Shown: positions 8,017 through 17,979 of the stretch, piece after piece
Layout of the letters: every line of letters starts with the position of its first letter
Position numbering within the stretch: the stretch's first letter is position 1
Translations under genes and position numbers: made by a program
Notes under the pieces: generated by a model
What the model was told of the DNA's origin: nothing
Databases searched by the model: none
What the model saw: the letters and a program-made list of their open reading frames with translations, nothing else
Assembly (NCBI GenBank): GCA_030648055.1
Contig: JAUSHI010000009.1
Location: 1 to 45,721, forward strand
Source: a bacterium
Lineage (GTDB): Bacteria; Patescibacteriota; Minisyncoccia; Sungbacterales; SURF-37
Direction: 5' to 3'
Length of the DNA stretch: 45,721 nt

Positions 8017-9804
8017 ATGGCATCGGAGAAAAAATTACCAATTAAAGAGGGTTTGCGGGTAATCCGCCGTTCACTCCTTCCCCATAAGAAGGAGTTTTTA
8101 GTCGTGGTCGGGTTGAGCGTTGTACTTGCCGGGGCTAATGCCGTTGTACCCTATATATCCGGCCGGTTGTTTGATGCGATTCTTCATCCTGTGGAGACTG
8201 AAGTCCCTGCTGTAGCGATTAAAATTTCTTCTGTTTTTTTAATGCTCGGAATTTGGACATTTTTACAGTTAGTGGTGGATGCCATGGATTGGCAAAAAGG
8301 CGCGCGACAGGAAAAGTTAAGCGCCGAATTGGAAGCCGACTATCTTGTTCACGGTTTTTCGCGGCTTCTTGAACTGCCGCTTTCGTTTCACAAAACACAA
8401 AAAATGGGCGAAGTGATAAATCGGATTTCTCGCGGCTCCTCTTGGCTTGAAAATTTGGTGAATCGTTTGTTTATTGATCTCTTGCCGCAATTTTTGAGCA
8501 TTATTTTTGCTTTTGCCATCGTGGCATTCGTTCAATGGCGCTTGGCACTCGTGCTTTTCACGGCTATTTTACTTTACGCGCTTCTTTTAACACAGACCGC
8601 GCCGAAGCTTGGTTCAATTTCACGGAAAATGCACCGCGCTTATAACGATGCTTGGGGTTACGCGCACGATGTTGTTTTGAATGTGCAATCGGTAAAGCAG
8701 GCGACTGCCGAGAAGCATGAACGCAAGCAATTTTTTAAATATTATCATACGCGCGCGGCGAATTTGTGGACGCGCTATATGCAAATTTGGCAGCAGTTGA
8801 CACTCTATCAGCGGCTTATTGTTACCGCGATGCAGTTCGGCGTTTTTCTTTATTCAATTTTTCTTATTCAAAGAGGTGTTATTACTCCGGGTGAGCTTGT
8901 GGCGTTTAACGCGTACGCGGCCATGGTTGTCGGACCATTTGTGATTCTGGGCCGTAATTGGGATTTGGTTCAAAACGGTTTTGTAGCGATTGACCGCGCG
9001 GAAAAAATTATAAATCGCGACCCGGAGCCGTATCAGCCCAAAGGGGCAGTCATACTTTCTGACATTAACGGAGCGGTGGAGTTTCGCGATGTGTCATTTC
9101 GTTATCCGGGCAAAAAACAATATGTGCTGAAGAATGTTTCTTTTGTTGTTGAGCAGGGCAGGACCGTGGCATTGGTGGGAGAATCGGGCGTGGGCAAATC
9201 TACTCTTGCCGATTTAATTTCGCGCTATTTTACTCCGGCGGAAGGGAAAGTATATATTGACGGACACGATATTCGGCGGATTGATCTTGCCACGCTTCGC
9301 GCGCATATTGCCGTAGTGCCGCAGGAAATTTTGCTCTTCAACGAAACGGTAAAAGAAAATATCCGCTACGGTTCTTTTCTGGCTAGTGATGAAGCTGTTG
9401 TTGAGGCGGCGAAAAAAGCTCATGCCGACGATTTTATTCAGAATTTTCCTAAAAAATACGGTCAGATTGTGGGCGAGCGGGGCATTAAACTTTCGGTCGG
9501 ACAGAAACAGAGAATTGCCATTGCTCGTGCCATTCTTAGGAATCCCAAAATTTTGATTTTGGATGAGCCGACCTCTGCGCTTGATGCCGTGTCTGAACGG
9601 TTTATTCAGGAGTCGCTTGAAATTCTTATGCGCGGCAGGACCACCTTTATTATCGCCCATCGTTTAAGCACGGTCAGAGAGGCTGACACGATTTTGGTTT
9701 TGGAAAAAGGCCGGGTCATTGAGAAGGGCACCCACAACGAGTTGCTTAAAATTAAAGGAGGGGTGTATAAGAAATTATACGAGATGCAGATTGGAATGAG
9801 GTAA
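8017..9804 (+). CDS. ABC exporter, fused permease/ATPase (MsbA/Sav1866-like)
   Basis: N-terminal TM domain; [31 protein letters not shown] and IAHRLST. Confidence 0.95.
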   Translation: MASEKKLPIKEGLRVIRRSLLPHKKEFLVVVGLSVVLAGANAVVPYISGRLFDAILHPVETEVPAVAIKISSVFLMLGIWTFLQLVVDAMDWQKGARQEKLSAELEADYLVHGFSRLLELPLSFHKTQKMGEVINRISRGSSWLENLVNRLFIDLLPQFLSIIFAFAIVAFVQWRLALVLFTAILLYALLLTQTAPKLGSISRKMHRAYNDAWGYAHDVVLNVQSVKQATAEKHERKQFFKYYHTRAANLWTRYMQIWQQLTLYQRLIVTAMQFGVFLYSIFLIQRGVITPGELVAFNAYAAMVVGPFVILGRNWDLVQNGFVAIDRAEKIINRDPEPYQPKGAVILSDINGAVEFRDVSFRYPGKKQYVLKNVSFVVEQGRTVALVGESGVGKSTLADLISRYFTPAEGKVYIDGHDIRRIDLATLRAHIAVVPQEILLFNETVKENIRYGSFLASDEAVVEAAKKAHADDFIQNFPKKYGQIVGERGIKLSVGQKQRIAIARAILRNPKILILDEPTSALDAVSERFIQESLEILMRGRTTFIIAHRLSTVREADTILVLEKGRVIEKGTHNELLKIKGGVYKKLYEMQIGMR

Positions 9805-9880
9805 ACCTTCGCACTTAATTTTATTTTTTGTGTCTTCGTAGCTTCCGCCCGAGGCGGCACTACTTTTGGCGGACAGTGGA

Positions 9881-9992
9881 CCCCGCACTAAAAATATGCG
9901 CCCGTAGCTCAACTGGATAGAGCATCGGCCTCCGAAGCTGAAGGTTACAGGTTCGAATCCTGTCGGGCGCGAATGCATATTTTAGTGCGGGG
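9881..9992. mobile_element. Family B inverted-repeat element carrying a tRNA gene
   Basis: CCCCGCACTAAAAATATGC ... GCATATTTTAGTGCGGGG (18 bp complementary, one bulge). Confidence 0.75.
9898..9971 (+). tRNA. tRNA-Arg(CCG)
   Basis: Acceptor GCGCCCG/CGGGCGC, TCGGC-CTCCGAA-GCTGA, ACAGG-TTCGAAT-CCTGT; CCA not encoded. Confidence 0.93.
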
Positions 9993-10061
9993 CAGGTGCC
10001 GCGCGGCCATCCGAGGGCTGTAATGGCAGTTCGAATCTGCCCGAGGACACAATTGTAGAAT

Positions 10062-10114
10062 TGAAGAGGCCGCAGGTTTAAATTCCTGCCTGCCGGCAGG
10101 TCGCCGAGGGTGCA
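10062..10114 (+). pseudogene. Degenerate tRNA 3' half with a CCTGCCTGCCGGCAGG palindrome
   Basis: AGGCC-GCAGG-TTTAAAT-TCCTGC...CGAGGGTGCA resembles variable loop, T arm and acceptor; palindrome at 10085-10100. Confidence 0.4.
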
Positions 10115-10151
10115 AAAATAGTTTTAAAAAAACACGCCGGTTGGCGTGTTT

Positions 10152-11171
10152 TTATTTTAGTCGGTTGTTGAAGTGGTTGAAAATTTTATAATCGGCATAG
10201 TGTCCTCCAAAAATGGTGAGCGAGAGCAAAAACGCGAATTTGTGTCCGGTGCTGTATTCAACGCGTTCCGGACGGCCGAGCGCTTCCCAGAGCGACTCAA
10301 CAGAGTATTTTCCGAACCAGCGGTCGTCCTCGGCGCTGATAAAAAGCACGCGCGCTGGATTAATCATTTTAGCCCATGTTGAGGGGTCAACGCTTGCGAG
10401 CTGCGAGAGAATTTTCTTTTCAAACATTTCCGCATTCCAGCCGAATCTGTTCATGGTTATTTCGCGGGTCCTTTTGAGGCCGGGTTCGTCCGATATCGCG
10501 AACACATTGTGAAACTCGCCGCCGCCTTTATCAAAAACTCCGGCTTTTATTCTCGGGTCGGATGCCATGGCAATTACAGAGATTGATGCCGCGATTGAGC
10601 CGCCGACGATGCCGATGTTTTTTGAATCAATTTCTTCTCTGGTTTCCGCCCAGGTTATCAGGCGGCGGACATCAATAACGTAGTTATTGATGGCATTAGC
10701 CGACGCTTCAACGGCTTGCATAAATTTTGTTTCTGTTTTCGCTCTCTGCATTTCTTCAAGATACAATATCTTTTTTGTGTCTTTAAGGAGGAGAACATTA
10801 AAATCGTCATTGTCGCCCCACGATGTCATGACATGCGCATAGTGCGCACCCACGAACGGTGTGCTATCCATAATCGGCAGAACGATGATGAGTTTTTTCT
10901 TTCCGCCAGTTTTTTGGGCCCAGTATTCGGCTTTCACCACTTCATGTTCGTTGATAGACGGAAAGGTGATGATGTGTCTGGAAATTTTTTCCTCATTGGG
11001 CGACCAGCCGCGAGTAATTGTTGCGGTGGGGATTTGCGGGCGAGAGGAGAAATTAGGAATTCTTCGCGATGGCGGTCTTTCTCCCGCAGGCGGGGATTCG
11101 TGGCGCACGGTTATACAGCTGGGCAAAAAAATAATGAGAAGAATAAGCGTAATTTTACCGAAGATACTCAT
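10152..11171 (-). CDS. Alpha/beta-hydrolase fold protein, probable lipoprotein
   Basis: Hydrophobic signal ending FLPSC; IGIVGGSIAA nucleophile elbow, AEDD acid and TGH histidine. Start taken at ATG 11171 (alternative GTG 11183). Confidence 0.75.
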   Translation of the reverse strand: MSIFGKITLILLIIFLPSCITVRHESPPAGERPPSRRIPNFSSRPQIPTATITRGWSPNEEKISRHIITFPSINEHEVVKAEYWAQKTGGKKKLIIVLPIMDSTPFVGAHYAHVMTSWGDNDDFNVLLLKDTKKILYLEEMQRAKTETKFMQAVEASANAINNYVIDVRRLITWAETREEIDSKNIGIVGGSIAASISVIAMASDPRIKAGVFDKGGGEFHNVFAISDEPGLKRTREITMNRFGWNAEMFEKKILSQLASVDPSTWAKMINPARVLFISAEDDRWFGKYSVESLWEALGRPERVEYSTGHKFAFLLSLTIFGGHYADYKIFNHFNNRLK

Positions 11172-11185
11172 TTTAGACCCCACTT

Positions 11186-11238
11186 TGTTAAAGAACCTTG
11201 TTTATTAATGTGATAGCAATATAATTCTGCGTGGTCAA
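11186..11238 (-). promoter_or_regulatory. sigma70 promoter plus boxA-like motif
   Basis: Minus strand: TTGACC, 17 bp, TATCAC, then GTTCTTTAACA. Confidence 0.6.
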
Positions 11239-11369
11239 CCCGCCCCAGCCTTACCAATTTATTAGTTCATTCAGTCAAATTTAACTGATAGGAAATTTTT
11301 GACTGAAAAAGGTGCAAGAAGAAAATGTAGCCAACATAAGGGGGGCAATTGGCAAACCCCAATGAGCAG

Positions 11370-11398
11370 TTGACAAATTAGCTGTTTTATGATAACAT
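11370..11398 (+). promoter_or_regulatory. sigma70 promoter
   Basis: TTGACA, 17 bp, TAACAT. Confidence 0.6.
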
Positions 11399-11471
11399 AG
11401 TAAATACTAGCACATTTCCATCATTGTTCGAAAACATCCACATCCAACACCCGAAAGGGAGGAGAAGAGAG

Positions 11472-12176
11472 ATGAAAAAAGTATTCGTTCTCGTGGCGTT
11501 CGCTTTCGCGGCGATGGGGGTTCTCGGGGCTCCGGTGGTGGCCACTGCTCAGCAGTGGGCTTCCCCCTACTACCATCACCAGTCGCCGGTCGTGATTTAC
11601 TCGTCGGCTCCGGTTCCCGCGCAACAGGTCATCGTGGTTCAGGTTCCTATGCCGGCGCCGCGTCAGGTGTACGTGGTGCAACAAGCACCCGTACCGGTGC
11701 CCGCACCAGCCCTGGTTCCAGTTCCGGAATCGATCATGCTTCCGACCAGTGTCGAGAGCAAGGTGACCGTGAACGCGGATTCCGCCAGTGTGGCGGTGGA
11801 CGCGAAGGTTTCCTGCTCGCACTGCAATGTGAGCGTGAAGCAGGATGTCACGGTCAACACGCCTCCTGCCAAGAAGGCCGCCGTCGCCGCGCCCGCACCG
11901 AAGAAGAAAGCCGTGGTCAAATCGGCTCCGAAGCCGGCACCTGTCAATACGCAATGGAACCGGAGATGGTTGTTGGCGGTGTTAGCGGCGTTGGCTCTCA
12001 TCATAGCCATAGCCGCGCTGTTCCCAATGCTACGACGCATGTCGTCAGCTACCGCGACCGCCATCACATCAGCACCTGCGCTGGCATCTCCGGCCTCTCT
12101 CTGGCCTCCGGCCGCGGCAAAGCCATCGGCGCCTCTATCCGACAAGCCGTCTCCTCGCCCCAGAGGAAGTAAGTAG
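11472..12176 (+). CDS. Exported Pro/Ala/Val-rich protein with a C-proximal TM anchor
   Basis: SD GGAGGAG; signal peptide MKKVFVLVAFAFAAMGVLGA; TM WLLAVLAALALIIAIAALF; GC-rich codon usage. Confidence 0.7.
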   Translation: MKKVFVLVAFAFAAMGVLGAPVVATAQQWASPYYHHQSPVVIYSSAPVPAQQVIVVQVPMPAPRQVYVVQQAPVPVPAPALVPVPESIMLPTSVESKVTVNADSASVAVDAKVSCSHCNVSVKQDVTVNTPPAKKAAVAAPAPKKKAVVKSAPKPAPVNTQWNRRWLLAVLAALALIIAIAALFPMLRRMSSATATAITSAPALASPASLWPPAAAKPSAPLSDKPSPRPRGSK

Positions 12177-12219
12177 AGGGGACGAAGTGTAGCTCGGCTA
12201 TACTCCATCAATCAGAAGC

Positions 12220-12272
12220 ATCCCGCTCCGGGTTCGCGTCTAATCTAAGACGCGAGCTCGGGCGGGATTTTT
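12220..12272 (+). terminator. Long hairpin terminator
   Basis: ATCCCGCTCCGGGTTCGCGTCT...AGACGCGAGCTCGGGCGGGAT followed by T run. Confidence 0.65.
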
Positions 12273-12352
12273 ACTTTTCCCAATTTTCTTTGCGAGCCAA
12301 GCGGGCATCTGGGAAATTGGTACTGGGGTTATTTGGGGATATAATGAACATA

Positions 12353-13702
12353 ATGGCCGACAAGAAATTTTCAATATCTTTTTATGGAGCCGCGCGCGAG
12401 GTTACGGGCAGTTGTTTTTTATTGGAAACCGATTCCCGTAAAATTCTCATTGATTGTGGAATGTTTCAGGGCCATCGCGAGGCCGAGGCGAAGAATCACA
12501 CCCCATTTCTTTTTAATCCGGTCTCTATTGAGGCGGTTATTATTACTCACGCACATCTTGACCATATCGGCAGAGTGCCTAAGTTGGTTAAAGACGGATT
12601 TAGAGGCAAAATTTTTTCTACGGCTTCCACCAGGGACCTTGCCGAAATTATGTGGAAAGACGCCGCGCACCTTGAGGCGGACGAAGAAATGCCGCTTTAT
12701 AACGACCACGATATCGGAATCGCAATGGGGCTTTTCCAAACACTTTCATATTATGAGCCCGTTTATATAGATAAAGATTTGAGTTTTCAGTTATTAAGCG
12801 CTGGCCATATTTTAGGCTCGGCTATGGTGCGTTTTCAGATTGGAGAGAGGGTGCTTACTGTTTCGGGGGATGTAGGCAACGAGCCGTCCCTTTTGATGCC
12901 GCCTCGCTCGTCGGCAACGGATACAAACATTCTTCTTGTTGAATCAACCTACGGAAACAAAACCCACCAACATGTTGATGATCGCACGCTTTTGCTTGAG
13001 CGCGCCATTGAAGACACGGTCACGCGGAAGGGCGCTTTGATTATACCGGTGTTTGCAACAGAACGGACTCAGGAAATTCTTTATGCCATAAATGAGATGT
13101 TTGTGCGGAAAAGAGTTCCCGATGTTAGGGTTTTTGTTGATTCACCCCTTGCCATTCGCTCTACGAAAATTTTTGAGCGTTATCCCGACAGTTATCGCCC
13201 CGAAATTCAAGAGCTTTTTAAAAAACATCCGCGTCTTTTTCAATTTAAGCTTCTTAAATTTACCGAGACCGTTGAGGAATCAAAAGCAATTAATGATTTG
13301 CCGCCGCCGAAAGTTATTCTTGCCGGTTCGGGCATGATGTCGGGCGGGCGGATTCTGCACCACGCCAGGCGTTATTTGAGTGACCCAAATAGTATTATTT
13401 TATTTGTAGGTTATCAGGCCTCGGGTTCAATTGGGCGCCGGATTATTGATGGCGCCAAAGAGGTAAAGATTCGCGGGGAATTAATTTCGGTAAAAGCCGA
13501 ACACAGAATGGTGGACGGATTTTCGGCCCATGCCGACGAAGAACAGCTTTTTTCTTTCGTGGAGGAGGCGCGGGACAGCTTAAAAAAAGTATTTGTGATT
13601 CACGGTGAGCTTGATGCCGCGCTAAACATGACTAATATAATTCAAGACAGATTAGGAATTCCGGCCGAGGCCCCGGAGTACGGTGAAAAAGTTGAATTAT
13701 GA
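12353..13702 (+). CDS. MBL-fold beta-CASP ribonuclease (CPSF/YSH1-like)
   Basis: GAAREVTGSC, THAHLDHIG, AGHILGS, VESTYG, FSAHAD and IHGE. ATG at 12353 follows TATAAT. Confidence 0.92.
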   Translation: MADKKFSISFYGAAREVTGSCFLLETDSRKILIDCGMFQGHREAEAKNHTPFLFNPVSIEAVIITHAHLDHIGRVPKLVKDGFRGKIFSTASTRDLAEIMWKDAAHLEADEEMPLYNDHDIGIAMGLFQTLSYYEPVYIDKDLSFQLLSAGHILGSAMVRFQIGERVLTVSGDVGNEPSLLMPPRSSATDTNILLVESTYGNKTHQHVDDRTLLLERAIEDTVTRKGALIIPVFATERTQEILYAINEMFVRKRVPDVRVFVDSPLAIRSTKIFERYPDSYRPEIQELFKKHPRLFQFKLLKFTETVEESKAINDLPPPKVILAGSGMMSGGRILHHARRYLSDPNSIILFVGYQASGSIGRRIIDGAKEVKIRGELISVKAEHRMVDGFSAHADEEQLFSFVEEARDSLKKVFVIHGELDAALNMTNIIQDRLGIPAEAPEYGEKVEL

Positions 13703-13821
13703 TATAATTATAAACATGAATCTGCCCAATTTTTTGGGTAGCCCGTAATTAGTAAAAAGACCTTTAAGGCGCAGAAGCCTTCGCAATATATGCGGATGCC
13801 TCACGCCAAAAAGTTGAGCAG

Positions 13822-14394
13822 ATGAAACCAACCCCCCATACTCATCTTAAAATTAAAATTTGCGTTTCGGGTGCCGCGGAGACCGGACACTGCGCCCCAG
13901 ACGCGCTGGAAAAGACAAAAGAGCTTGGAAGGCAAATTATAAAGCAGGGCTCGGTTCTTGTGACCGGGGCCACCACTGGTGCCCCTCTGTGGGCGGCGGT
14001 GGGCGCAAAAGAAGTCGGTGGTTTTGTGATCGGCCTGTCCCCGGCTTATTCCGAAGCTGACCATGTAAAAAAATACCGTTTGCCGATTGACTACCACGAC
14101 ATCATAATTTATACCGGCTTTGGCTATGCCGGTCGTAATCTTATGCTTACCAGAAGTTCTGACGCGGTAATAATTACTTGCGGGCGGATGGGAACTTTGA
14201 ATGAATTCACTATCGCTTTTGAAGATAATAAACCAATTGGAGTTTTGACAAAAACCGGCGGGGTGGCCGATGAACTGGAGGGAATTCTTGCGCGGGCCCA
14301 TCGCGGCAAGGGCAAGGTAATATTTGATGATGATCCCCAGAAACTAGTCAAGCGCGTGATGGAAATGGTAATGAAAGAAAAAGTAATAAAATAA
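13822..14394 (+). CDS. LOG/SLOG family Rossmann-fold nucleotide-binding protein
   Basis: LVTGATTG, GRNLML and GRMGTLNEFTIAF. Confidence 0.85.
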   Translation: MKPTPHTHLKIKICVSGAAETGHCAPDALEKTKELGRQIIKQGSVLVTGATTGAPLWAAVGAKEVGGFVIGLSPAYSEADHVKKYRLPIDYHDIIIYTGFGYAGRNLMLTRSSDAVIITCGRMGTLNEFTIAFEDNKPIGVLTKTGGVADELEGILARAHRGKGKVIFDDDPQKLVKRVMEMVMKEKVIK

Positions 14395-14405
14395 TTTAAA
14401 TTTAT

Positions 14406-14888
14406 ATGAATTTTTTACCGGCAATAGATTTTGAAACGTATCGTATCTTTTTTCAGCTTGTGCTGGCCATGCTTTTAGGCGCCGTGGTCGGCCTTGAAAG
14501 AGAAGTCCACGGCAAACCGGCCGGACTTCGCACATACGCCCTTGTTTCTTTGGGTGCCTGCCTTTTTACGGTTATTTCCATTTATGGATTTCAAGGGATG
14601 TCGGGAGGGCTACCCGTTGACCCGTCGCGTGTTGCGGCAAACATTGTTGTTGGTATTGGGTTTCTCGGTGGGGGACTTATTTTTTTAAAAGGCGATGTCG
14701 TTTATGGTCTCACGACCGCGGCCGGTCTTTGGGTCTCTGCCGCGCTCGGCACCGCGGTGGGGGCGGGTCTTTTGTGGCCGGCGATTTTCGCCACACTACT
14801 TGTCCTTTTGATTCTCACTATTTTAAAGACCATTGAAAAACGTATTCATCGCAATAACCAAGAGGGTGTTCGTCATGACCTTGCTTAA
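14406..14888 (+). CDS. MgtC/SapB family membrane protein
   Basis: GLERE...AGLRT, DPSRVAANIVVGIGFLGGG and GLTTAAGLW. Confidence 0.92.
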   Translation: MNFLPAIDFETYRIFFQLVLAMLLGAVVGLEREVHGKPAGLRTYALVSLGACLFTVISIYGFQGMSGGLPVDPSRVAANIVVGIGFLGGGLIFLKGDVVYGLTTAAGLWVSAALGTAVGAGLLWPAIFATLLVLLILTILKTIEKRIHRNNQEGVRHDLA

Positions 14889-15999
14889 TAACCGCTTTTT
14901 ACAGGCGACTTTTCTTCTTGCAGGGACGATCATTGGGGTGGGGATGTTTGCCCTCCCCTTTGTTTTTGCAAAAGCCGGGTTTTGGGTGGCAAGCGCGGAG
15001 CTTGTTTTTCTTGCGTTTGTTACGATTATGATGAACCTCTTTTACGGTGAGGTCATTTTAAGGACCCCTGGCCGCCACCTCCTTCCTGGATTCGTCCGGA
15101 TGTATCTCGGCGATAAATGGTTTTATTTTGAAAGTCTCTCGGCGTTTGTGGGTTTTTCGGGAGGTATATTTGTCTACATTCTTCTTGGCGGTATTTTTCT
15201 GGCAAACCTTCTGGGTCTTTCTCACGGCTTGGGACAGATTTTGTTTTTTGCCGCCGGAGCCTTATTGGTGCTTGCTAATCTGAAAACCGAGACAAAAATT
15301 AACTACATCCTCACCGTGTTTCTAGTGTTTTTTATTCTTATTCTCTCGGGTCTTTCGCTTCGGCATTTTGAAAGCGCAAATATTGTCTCCAGTTTTGATC
15401 TGAAAAACATTTTTATTCCGTATGGCGTAATTCTTTTTGCGCTGGCCGGCGGAGCCATAATCCCTGAAATAGTTGCGTTTCTGGGCGCGGAAAAGCGGCT
15501 GCTTCCGAAGGTCTTGGTGTTCGGCGTTCTTATTCCGGCGGCGGTATATTTTGTTTTTGCCATCGGGGTTTTGGGCGCAACCGGTGCCTTGACTACGCCG
15601 GAAGCGCTTGAAGGGCTCCGGTCTTTCCTGGGCCGCCCCTTGTTTTTTCTTGGCAACGCCATCGGGTTTCTCGCCGCCTTTACTTCGTTCATAGTTTTTG
15701 GTTTCACGTTTGAAGACATTTTGCGCTCGGATTTCGGTTTGAAAAAAATTGTGGCTTGGCTGGTTTTTGTTTCCATCCCACTTGTTTTATTTTTTTTGCC
15801 TACCCGTAATTTCGTTCAAATAATGAATTTTCTGGGCGCGATAGCCATTGGCATCGACAGCATATTTATTCTTTGGCTATACCAAAGGACAAAAATTGCC
15901 GGCACGCGCGTTCCCGAGTATGCGTTGGCGGTACCGCTTTGGGCAGTGGTTCTTTTCGGTTTTCTGTTCTTTTTGGGATTTGCCGCGCCTTTTATCTAA
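14875..15999 (+). CDS. Aromatic amino acid (Trp/Tyr) permease family transporter
   Basis: LLAGTIIGVGMFALP; about 11 TM helices; PYGVILFALAG. Confidence 0.82.
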   Translation: MTLLNNRFLQATFLLAGTIIGVGMFALPFVFAKAGFWVASAELVFLAFVTIMMNLFYGEVILRTPGRHLLPGFVRMYLGDKWFYFESLSAFVGFSGGIFVYILLGGIFLANLLGLSHGLGQILFFAAGALLVLANLKTETKINYILTVFLVFFILILSGLSLRHFESANIVSSFDLKNIFIPYGVILFALAGGAIIPEIVAFLGAEKRLLPKVLVFGVLIPAAVYFVFAIGVLGATGALTTPEALEGLRSFLGRPLFFLGNAIGFLAAFTSFIVFGFTFEDILRSDFGLKKIVAWLVFVSIPLVLFFLPTRNFVQIMNFLGAIAIGIDSIFILWLYQRTKIAGTRVPEYALAVPLWAVVLFGFLFFLGFAAPFI

Positions 16000-16042
16000 A
16001 AAGAGAGCGGGGAAATATTTTAAAATATAAAATTTTATTTTA

Positions 16043-16561
16043 ATGAAAAACAAAAATCGTTCAGTTGAAGGGAGATACATGATGGGCAAGAAACAGTCGC
16101 GCCATGCCGGAGAAGAATTCGGTCCGGGAAGCGTTGAATTTGTGGTCTGCTCGGAGGGTGGAGAGGCCTATTTCCATAAGAGTTGGCACCACGCATTATC
16201 GGATTTTAAGCATCTGGGAGAGAAGAAAAAACTTTCTTTTAAACTTTGTCCTTTTCATCAGATGGTAAAAAATAAGCAATACGAGGGCGAGCTTATTGTG
16301 GAAAATGTGCCGGTGAAAGATCATTCCGAACTCGTGCGTCTTATAGAAAAAAGCGGGGAACACGGTTATAGAGCCGACCCGATGGATAGGATTATTAAAA
16401 TAGAAAGCAAAGGAAATGCGATTCGCGTTGAGCTTTCCGAGAATCAGCTGACTCAAAAAATTGCCAATAAAATTCGCGATAGATTTAAAAAAACGACTCG
16501 GAAAGTAAGCCGCGGCAAAGATAATTCCGATCTGGTGCGAATTAAGGTCACATTTTCTTAA
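16043..16561 (+). CDS. BCAM0308/NMD3-like hypothetical protein
   Basis: VCSE...YFHKSWHH...LCPF...YEGEL, DPMDRIIKI and ENQLTQKIA pattern. Confidence 0.55.
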   Translation: MKNKNRSVEGRYMMGKKQSRHAGEEFGPGSVEFVVCSEGGEAYFHKSWHHALSDFKHLGEKKKLSFKLCPFHQMVKNKQYEGELIVENVPVKDHSELVRLIEKSGEHGYRADPMDRIIKIESKGNAIRVELSENQLTQKIANKIRDRFKKTTRKVSRGKDNSDLVRIKVTFS

Positions 16562-16637
16562 AAATAAAGGATTTGTTTTTATTTTCTTTGTGTGATACTA
16601 ATATAGTGATCTTTGATAAAAATACCGGAGGTGGATA

Positions 16638-17084
16638 ATGACGCGTTATGGTATGGCTGTTCTTTTTGCCGCTTATACTTGTTTTGCGTGGGGGATGATT
16701 ACGCCCATGGCGGTAAGATTGACGAAAGAGCTTGGCGATAAATATCATCCCGCACTTCCGTTTTTATGGAACACATTTGGCAATCTTGTATTTTCAATTC
16801 TTTTGATTGTTATAACCTGGGGCGCGCCACTTAAGGTATGGAGCTGGCATTGGTCGGGGTGGTGTATTTTCTTTTTTTGGACCTCGGGAAGTTTGGTCTT
16901 TGCTCTTGCTCTCTATTTCGCGCCAGAACGTGAATCAGTGCCTATGCTTATTGCGGCGGCATATCCCGCGCTCGTAAGCGCCGGCGCACTTTGGTATTTT
17001 TTTGGAGAAACGATGACGTTGCAGAAAATTATCGGTTTTGTTGTCGCGTTTGTTGGCGTTGCCCTGGTTGTTCTTTCAAAGTAA
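16638..17084 (+). CDS. DMT/EamA-like small membrane transporter
   Basis: Five TM helices; AYPAL...FFGETMTLQKIIG; SD GGAGG. Confidence 0.75.
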   Translation: MTRYGMAVLFAAYTCFAWGMITPMAVRLTKELGDKYHPALPFLWNTFGNLVFSILLIVITWGAPLKVWSWHWSGWCIFFFWTSGSLVFALALYFAPERESVPMLIAAAYPALVSAGALWYFFGETMTLQKIIGFVVAFVGVALVVLSK

Positions 17085-17181
17085 TAAATTTCGCCGCACT
17101 ACGCGGCCTTTTTTATTTACGATAAGTGAGTTATAATTTTGATAACAAATGTGCGTATTTTAGTCGTTAAAATTATAAATT

Positions 17182-17841
17182 ATGGAGTGGATTAATGGTG
17201 TAATTAAAAAATTAAGGATGCCGCCCATCAATCAGGTGATTTTAATAATCATTTTTGCTGAATTCGTTTTCACCATCGGGTCCGCACTCATTGGCCCGCT
17301 TGTGGCCATTTTTGTCACCAAAGACATCGGCGCGCCGGTCACGGTAGTCGGGTTTTCGGTTGCCATTTATTGGGTTATCAAGTCAGTATTACAGCTTCCG
17401 GTCGCGCGGTATTTGGATAAGAACCACGGAGAAATTGATGATTATTACTCAACCCTTATCGGGCTTGCTATCAGTATCACGGCGGTCTATTTATATTATT
17501 TTGTGCAATCAGCTTGGCATATTTACGCGCTTCAGGCCCTTATCGGCATCGGGGATGCTTTGGTTGTTCCCGCTTTTCAGGCGATTTTTACCCGCCATCT
17601 TGATAAAGACCAGGAAGCGTCTGAATTGGCGCTTCGTTCAAGTTTTTCATACGGAATTGGTTCAGCATTGGGCGGGGCTCTTTCCGGCATTCTCGCTTTA
17701 GCCATCGGCATTCGTTCAATTTATCTTATTAACGGAACCCTTTTGCTTATCGGTTTTTTCATACTTTTATTTTTACGGCCGTATGTGAGGCCGAGGGTGC
17801 CGAAAAATACGCCTGAATTATACATACCCCAGAGCAGATGA
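17182..17841 (+). CDS. Half-size (6 TM) MFS transporter
   Basis: QLPVARYLDK motif A variant; six hydrophobic segments. Confidence 0.75.
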   Translation: MEWINGVIKKLRMPPINQVILIIIFAEFVFTIGSALIGPLVAIFVTKDIGAPVTVVGFSVAIYWVIKSVLQLPVARYLDKNHGEIDDYYSTLIGLAISITAVYLYYFVQSAWHIYALQALIGIGDALVVPAFQAIFTRHLDKDQEASELALRSSFSYGIGSALGGALSGILALAIGIRSIYLINGTLLLIGFFILLFLRPYVRPRVPKNTPELYIPQSR

Positions 17842-17849
17842 AAACTAAT

Positions 17850-17878
17850 AAGCCCCGACTGAGGTCGGGGCTTATTTG
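17850..17878 (+). terminator. Hairpin terminator
   Basis: AAGCCCCGAC-TGAG-GTCGGGGCTT. Confidence 0.65.
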
Positions 17879-17979
17879 TGATAGAATGTAGATATGTCCT
17901 CCCGCCCGTAAAATTGGGGCGGGATGGTCATGTTTGTAGCGAAATTTTCTGCGCTACAAGCTTGTAAATTTCTACAAAC

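Larger units (their letters stand above)
9832..10049 (+). pseudogene. Interrupted tRNA (Arg-like) split by two insertions
   Basis: Acceptor GTCTTCG (9832)/CGAGGAC (10042); T arm GGCAG-TTCGAAT-CTGCC; anticodon arm CGGCC-ATCCGAG-GGCTG. The D arm is broken by inserts 9844-9873 and 9881-9992. Confidence 0.7.

Noticed and set aside
11421-12211. Overlapping ORFs 11421-11954(-), 11555-12172(+) and 11663-12211(-)
   Set aside because: Shadow frames of a GC-rich gene; only the 11472 frame has a promoter, SD and signal peptide.
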